Assembly: GCA_002305965.1 (NCBI GenBank) | Contig: DBRM01000032.1 | Location: forward strand, 22,043-86,042 | Direction of reading: 5' to 3' | DNA from: Syntrophomonas sp. UBA1368 | Lineage (GTDB): Bacteria > Bacillota > Syntrophomonadia > Syntrophomonadales > Syntrophomonadaceae | Length of the DNA: 64,000 nt | Part shown: positions 59,698 through 64,000 of the stretch, piece by piece | How the letters are laid out: each line of letters starts with the position of its first letter | Numbering within the stretch: position 1 is the stretch's first letter | Notes under the pieces: model-generated | Told to the model about the DNA's origin: nothing | What the model saw: only the letters and a program-made list of their open reading frames with translations | Database searches by the model: none | Position numbers and translations under genes: made by a program

Positions 59698-59805
59698 ACA
59701 GGGGAATTCCTGTATCCTTGAAGAGCCGGGCTTTGCCAATCAGGGTGGTACCGCGGGAAGGTTATACCTCTCGTCCCTATACAAGGGATGAGAGATTTTT
59801 TGTTT
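59698..59805 (+). promoter_or_regulatory. Second, Stem-I-less T-box antiterminator/terminator module (diverged tandem duplicate of 59588-59697)
   Basis: AGGGGAATTCCTGTATCCTTGAA...CAGGGTGGTACCGCGGG...CTCTCGTCCCT/AGGGATGAGAG followed by ATTTTTT. It is collinear with the 3' half of the first leader. Confidence 0.75.
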
Positions 59806-59832
59806 TCTGATTAAGAAAAGGAGGAGTTAAAC

Positions 59833-60672
59833 ATGAATGCATTAGCGGAAAAAGTCAGCAGAATGCTGGTATCCAAAGAGAATCATCCGCAGATCACCGA
59901 AGTTAGAGTAAAAGGTTGTGTGATCGGCGGGGAACAGCTTATCGTAATTGCCGGGCCTTGTGCTATCGAAACGGAAGAATTGTTAAAGGAAACAGCTTTC
60001 AAGGTTCGTGGAGCAGGAGCTGATATGTTAAGAGGGGGCGCCTTTAAACCACGAACTTCTCCCTATAGTTTCCAGGGATTAGGTGTTGTGGGGCTGGAAA
60101 CATTGGCTAGAGTGGGAGAAGCCATGAATATGCCTGTTATCACAGAGGTAATGGATAGTGATGATATTCCGGCAGTGGCAGAATACGCGGATATTCTTCA
60201 GGTAGGCGCTCGAAATATGCATAATTTCTCATTGTTAAAAAAATTAGGCCGAACCAATAAACCGGTATTGTTAAAAAGAGGTATGGCTGCAACGGTTGAA
60301 GAATGGCTTCTGGCTGCAGAATACATTTTAGCCGGCGGGAACTCCCAGGTTGTGCTTTGCGAAAGAGGCAGCCGCAGTGCAGAAAAGTGGACGCGAAACA
60401 CCCTGGATCTGTCTGCGGTGGCACTGGCCAAGGAATTGACCCATCTCCCGGTGATCGTGGATCCCAGCCATGGAACCGGTGTCAGAAGTTTGGTCATGCC
60501 TATGGCTAAAGCTGCTATTGCTGCGGGAGCGGATGGCATAATTATTGAAGTTCACCCCCATCCGGAAAAAGCATTGTCAGACGGGGATCAATCCTTGACC
60601 CCCAGGCAATTCAGTATCTTGATGCGTGAAATAGAGCCGGTGGCGAAAGCAATGGGCAGGAGGATCAGATGA
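59833..60672 (+). CDS. 3-deoxy-7-phosphoheptulonate (DAHP) synthase, class I-beta, without a regulatory domain
   Basis: 279 aa. IAGPCAIE...[14 protein letters not shown]...DPSH motifs. Confidence 0.9.
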   Translation: MNALAEKVSRMLVSKENHPQITEVRVKGCVIGGEQLIVIAGPCAIETEELLKETAFKVRGAGADMLRGGAFKPRTSPYSFQGLGVVGLETLARVGEAMNMPVITEVMDSDDIPAVAEYADILQVGARNMHNFSLLKKLGRTNKPVLLKRGMAATVEEWLLAAEYILAGGNSQVVLCERGSRSAEKWTRNTLDLSAVALAKELTHLPVIVDPSHGTGVRSLVMPMAKAAIAAGADGIIIEVHPHPEKALSDGDQSLTPRQFSILMREIEPVAKAMGRRIR

Positions 60673-61517
60673 TGGCTTATGCAGTACTAGGCCCCATCGG
60701 AACATTCAGCGAAGAAGCGGTCCGTTTATATGCCGGCTGCAACATTGAGGTTCGAGTAACGGAAAATATTGTTGAAGTATTTGCCCTGGTGGAAAGAGAA
60801 GAGATCAGTGACGGGTTCGTACCCCTGGAAAATTCTTCAGCAGGTATGATCAGCACCACCATGGAATGTTTATCTGCAACTTCGCTGAAAATAAAAGGAG
60901 CTTTGGAAGTGCCGGTCAAACAGTGCCTTTTGGCCAATGGCGATTTTACACCGGACCAGGCGGAATTGCTGATCAGCCAGCCGGCAGCGCTTGAGCAATG
61001 CCGTCAGTATATAAAAAGCAATCTTAAAAGGGTCAGAATAGAAATAGCTGACAGTACTGCACGGGCTGCCCAGTTAGTACAAGGGGAGAAAAGACGGGCA
61101 GCAGCAATAGGCGGCAGGCAAGCAGGCAGAATATATGGTTTGAATATCATTGCAACTGATATCCAGGATGGGTTAAACTATACCCGCTTTGTCCATGTAG
61201 GGAAAAATGGGAGTACTGAAGTGGATCGGCATAAAAGCAGTCTGCTCTTGTCGCTGCCGGATAAAGTAGGAGCATTATATGAGCTCTTGGGCGTATTTGC
61301 CAGAAGCAATTTAAATCTGAAGCAAATTGATTCACGTCCCGGTGGAAGCCAACAGGAGTATATTTTTTACATTGAAGTAGAACAAGGAAAAAATGATATC
61401 ATAATGGAACTGTTTTTAGAGGAAATAGCCCCTTACTGCAACTGGTCAAAATATTTGGGATCTTATACACAAAGGAGAATCATTGATGTTGATTGCGGTC
61501 CGCCTTACGCCAGCTGA
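60669..61517 (+). CDS. pheA: Prephenate dehydratase with a C-terminal ACT domain
   Basis: [14 protein letters not shown].....TRF motif and ACT region (ESRP-like IDSRP). Confidence 0.9.
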   Translation: MMAYAVLGPIGTFSEEAVRLYAGCNIEVRVTENIVEVFALVEREEISDGFVPLENSSAGMISTTMECLSATSLKIKGALEVPVKQCLLANGDFTPDQAELLISQPAALEQCRQYIKSNLKRVRIEIADSTARAAQLVQGEKRRAAAIGGRQAGRIYGLNIIATDIQDGLNYTRFVHVGKNGSTEVDRHKSSLLLSLPDKVGALYELLGVFARSNLNLKQIDSRPGGSQQEYIFYIEVEQGKNDIIMELFLEEIAPYCNWSKYLGSYTQRRIIDVDCGPPYAS

Positions 61518-62979
61518 TCTATATGCAGCCGTACATGAAATTATCAGGATGGCCTATCCTGGCACCAGGCTTACCCTGGACCCGGAGCAGTGGGATTCAG
61601 CAGATATACATTTTTTACTGGAGCTTTCCGGACAAAATAGCCTGTGGCAGTTGGACGGCATGATCGACAGTAATGGATTAACCACAAGCAAATCGGCCAG
61701 TTTTCGTCTGGCCGAAGATGACCCCGGTACGATGCAAAAAAGTTTAAACATCAATATCAAGGTTTTTTGCCTGCAGTTGTTACGAGAACACCTGGGAAGA
61801 AAAATCAGCAGTTACGGGATCCTGACCGGAGTGAGGCCGGTGAAGATCATTCATCGGTGGCTTGATCAGGGTTGTTCCCGCCAGCAGATCGTTGATAAAC
61901 TGCACAATACATTTCTGGTTGATAAAACCAAAGGGCAGCTGCTTGCTGAAGTTGCTGAAAACAATCGCAGCTATTTGCCGGTGATGCCAGAACGGGGAAG
62001 GTATGTCAGTATTTATATCGGCATTCCCTATTGCCCAACCCGTTGCTATTACTGTTCATTTCCCGGTGCAGTATTAACCAATTATGAAAATGACTTAAGA
62101 CCTTTTATCGATCATTTGCTCAGGGAAATGAACGAGATCGGTGATTATATCAATGAGGCAGGTTTTAAAGTGCATACGATTTATATCGGCGGCGGGACGC
62201 CAACAGTACTAAACCTCCGTGATCTGGAGCTGGTTTTGGCACTGCTGGAGAAAAAATTTGCCCTGGGAAAGGCAGAAGAAGTGACCGTAGAGGCCGGAAG
62301 ACCGGATACATTATCACAGGACAAACTGCAGTTATTCAAAGATGCCGGCGTCACCCGCATTTGCATAAACCCGCAAACCATGAAGGACAGTACACTGACT
62401 TTGATTGGCCGCAGGCATACCAAACAGCAGGTGATACAAGCCGCAGATTTTGTTAGGCAAGCAGGGATCAGACATCTTAATATGGACCTGATTGTAGGTC
62501 TGCCAAATGAAACAGAAACGGATCATCTTGACTCCCTGGAACAGGTATTGCAGCTTAAACCGGATAATATTACCGTTCATACCATGGCTTTAAAGAGGGG
62601 ATCGCCGATGGTTCTTGATGGCGGGCTTGTCATGCCGGCACGGCAAACTGAAGCGATTGAGGGATCGCTTGCAAAGATTTATCAGCGTCTGAAGCAGGTA
62701 AACTATCTTCCCTATTACCTTTACCGGCAGAAAAATATGCAGGCTAATTCAGAAAATATTGGTTATTCCCTGACTGGCAGCTTTTGTATCTATAATATCC
62801 AGATGATCGAGGAGAGGCAGACCATCATCGGTATGGGCGGTGGTGCCGGCAGTAAATTTGTCAATTGGCAGGAGGGAACAGTAACCGGTTTTTATAATCC
62901 AAAAAACCCGCAGGCATACTGTGCTGATCTGGAAAGGCTTGTTCAGAGGAAAGTTGACAACCTGCGTGCCCTAAATTAG
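61486..62979 (+). CDS. hemZ: HemN-family radical SAM protein (HemZ-like, oxygen-independent coproporphyrinogen oxidase-like)
   Basis: YIGIPYCPTRCYYCSF radical SAM motif. ~497 aa, in the conserved position upstream of hisS. Confidence 0.8.
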   Translation: MLIAVRLTPADLYAAVHEIIRMAYPGTRLTLDPEQWDSADIHFLLELSGQNSLWQLDGMIDSNGLTTSKSASFRLAEDDPGTMQKSLNINIKVFCLQLLREHLGRKISSYGILTGVRPVKIIHRWLDQGCSRQQIVDKLHNTFLVDKTKGQLLAEVAENNRSYLPVMPERGRYVSIYIGIPYCPTRCYYCSFPGAVLTNYENDLRPFIDHLLREMNEIGDYINEAGFKVHTIYIGGGTPTVLNLRDLELVLALLEKKFALGKAEEVTVEAGRPDTLSQDKLQLFKDAGVTRICINPQTMKDSTLTLIGRRHTKQQVIQAADFVRQAGIRHLNMDLIVGLPNETETDHLDSLEQVLQLKPDNITVHTMALKRGSPMVLDGGLVMPARQTEAIEGSLAKIYQRLKQVNYLPYYLYRQKNMQANSENIGYSLTGSFCIYNIQMIEERQTIIGMGGGAGSKFVNWQEGTVTGFYNPKNPQAYCADLERLVQRKVDNLRALN

Positions 62980-63014
62980 AATTATCCAAGAATATATATA
63001 ATTCGGAGGATTTT

Positions 63015-64000
63015 ATGCAGATCAAAGCTCCCCGTGGTACATATGATATTTTGCCGGAACAATCAGCGAAATGGCAGTGGATGGAAAAGATTTTAAAACA
63101 GACTGCCTATGAGTTCGGTTACCGGGAAATTCGCACGCCGATTTTTGAACACACCGAATTGTTCGAACGGGGAGTGGGAGAAACATCAGACATCGTCAGT
63201 AAAGAAATGTATACTTTCAAAGACAAGGCGGAAAGAAGTATTACCCTGCGCCCGGAAGGAACTGCCAGCTGCGCCAGAGCTTTTATTGAACACGGTTTTT
63301 ATAGTGGCTTGTTACCGGTAAAATGGTATTATTCCGGCCCAATGTTTAGATATGACCGGCCTCAGACCGGCAGGTTCAGGCAGTTCCATCAATTTGGCGT
63401 TGAAGCCTTTGGCAGTGACAATCCCTTTTTAGATGCGGAAGTCATTATTTTGCTGATGGAAATCGTCAAACTTCTGGGTGTCAAGGAACCTGAGCTGCAC
63501 ATAAACTCAGTCGGTTGTCCGGTTTGCCGGCCTATGTACCGCCAGCTGCTGATAGAATATCTGGAGCCGATCAAAACTGCATTATGCAGTGATTGCCAGC
63601 TGAGATATGCGGTGAATCCTTTACGGGTAATAGATTGTAAAAATCACTCCTGCCAGGCTGCCATCAAAGAGCATCCGCTTTTATCCGATAGCCTGTGCCC
63701 TGATTGTACCCTGCATTACCAGAAGGTTAAGTCGGCTTTATCAGCAAATGGAATTGATTTTATTCATGATGACAATCTGGTAAGAGGGCTTGATTACTAC
63801 ACCAATACAGCATTTGAAGTGCATATTCCAGGTTTGGGCGCTCAAAGTGCTGTTGGGGGCGGGGGCCGATACAATGGCCTGGTAAAAGAATGCGGAGGGC
63901 CTGACGTACCAGGGGTAGGCTTTGCTTTGGGAATGGAAAGAATGCTGCTGGCAGCAGATTTATATCAGGATCAACAAGAACCGGCAAATCCGGTCGATGT
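63015..64000 (+). CDS. hisS: Histidine--tRNA ligase, 3'-truncated by the window edge (absent from the ORF track because no stop is reached)
   Basis: MQIKAPRGTYDILPEQS...FRYDRPQTGRFRQFHQFGVE...GGGGRYNGL, class II HisRS motifs. The frame is open to nt 64000. Confidence 0.93.
   Translation, partial: MQIKAPRGTYDILPEQSAKWQWMEKILKQTAYEFGYREIRTPIFEHTELFERGVGETSDIVSKEMYTFKDKAERSITLRPEGTASCARAFIEHGFYSGLLPVKWYYSGPMFRYDRPQTGRFRQFHQFGVEAFGSDNPFLDAEVIILLMEIVKLLGVKEPELHINSVGCPVCRPMYRQLLIEYLEPIKTALCSDCQLRYAVNPLRVIDCKNHSCQAAIKEHPLLSDSLCPDCTLHYQKVKSALSANGIDFIHDDNLVRGLDYYTNTAFEVHIPGLGAQSAVGGGGRYNGLVKECGGPDVPGVGFALGMERMLLAADLYQDQQEPANPVD

Noticed and set aside
63109-63987. Track ORFs 63109..63321 (+), 63389..63574 (-) and 63760..63987 (-)
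   Set aside because: All lie inside the open hisS reading frame (63015 to the window end), which carries clear HisRS motifs.
1-64000. Search for CRISPR arrays, transposases or integrases, prophage genes, toxin-antitoxin or defence systems, and tRNA/rRNA genes
   Set aside because: I recognised none. Every ORF of meaningful length has a housekeeping or energy-metabolism assignment, and no spaced direct-repeat arrays were seen.

Overview
This window looks like a chromosomal segment of a spore-forming Firmicute of class Clostridia. The evidence is alpha/beta SASP, GPR protease, YlbJ, and the conserved rpmB-asp23-yloV-recG and ylb-rpmF-plsX-acp-rnc-smc-ftsY synteny. Most of it is ordinary housekeeping DNA, and I see no defence island, prophage, transposase, CRISPR array, tRNA or rRNA.

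The distinctive gene content is an energy-metabolism set typical of syntrophic fatty-acid oxidisers (Syntrophomonas-like; taxonomy is inferred, not proven):
- etfB-etfA followed by a membrane-bound HdrD/GlpC-like FeS oxidoreductase.
- pta-ackA.
- A cytoplasmic NuoE/NuoF-linked selenocysteine formate dehydrogenase.
- A convergent Tat-exported FdnGHI-type selenocysteine formate dehydrogenase with FdhE.
- Three MoeA paralogs, one fused to a periplasmic-binding-protein-like domain.

Both FDH catalytic subunits are split in the supplied ORF track by in-frame TGA codons that sit exactly at the conserved Sec position.

The window is rich in RNA-level regulation:
- A Trp (UGG) T-box in front of a TrpXYZ-type ABC transporter.
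- A Phe (UUC) T-box in front of DAHP synthase and prephenate dehydratase. Its 3' antiterminator/terminator half is duplicated in tandem without a second Stem I.
- A candidate Moco riboswitch in front of the cytoplasmic FDH operon.

Unexplained signals:
- Two homologous copies of a ~113-nt palindromic intergenic element. The ends and apical loop are conserved, and the stems differ in sequence but stay complementary.
- An unannotated 33-codon SASP-like mini-ORF.
- A terminator-like hairpin between two divergent genes.

I did not find a convincing new multi-gene system. The findings are ranked with that in mind.
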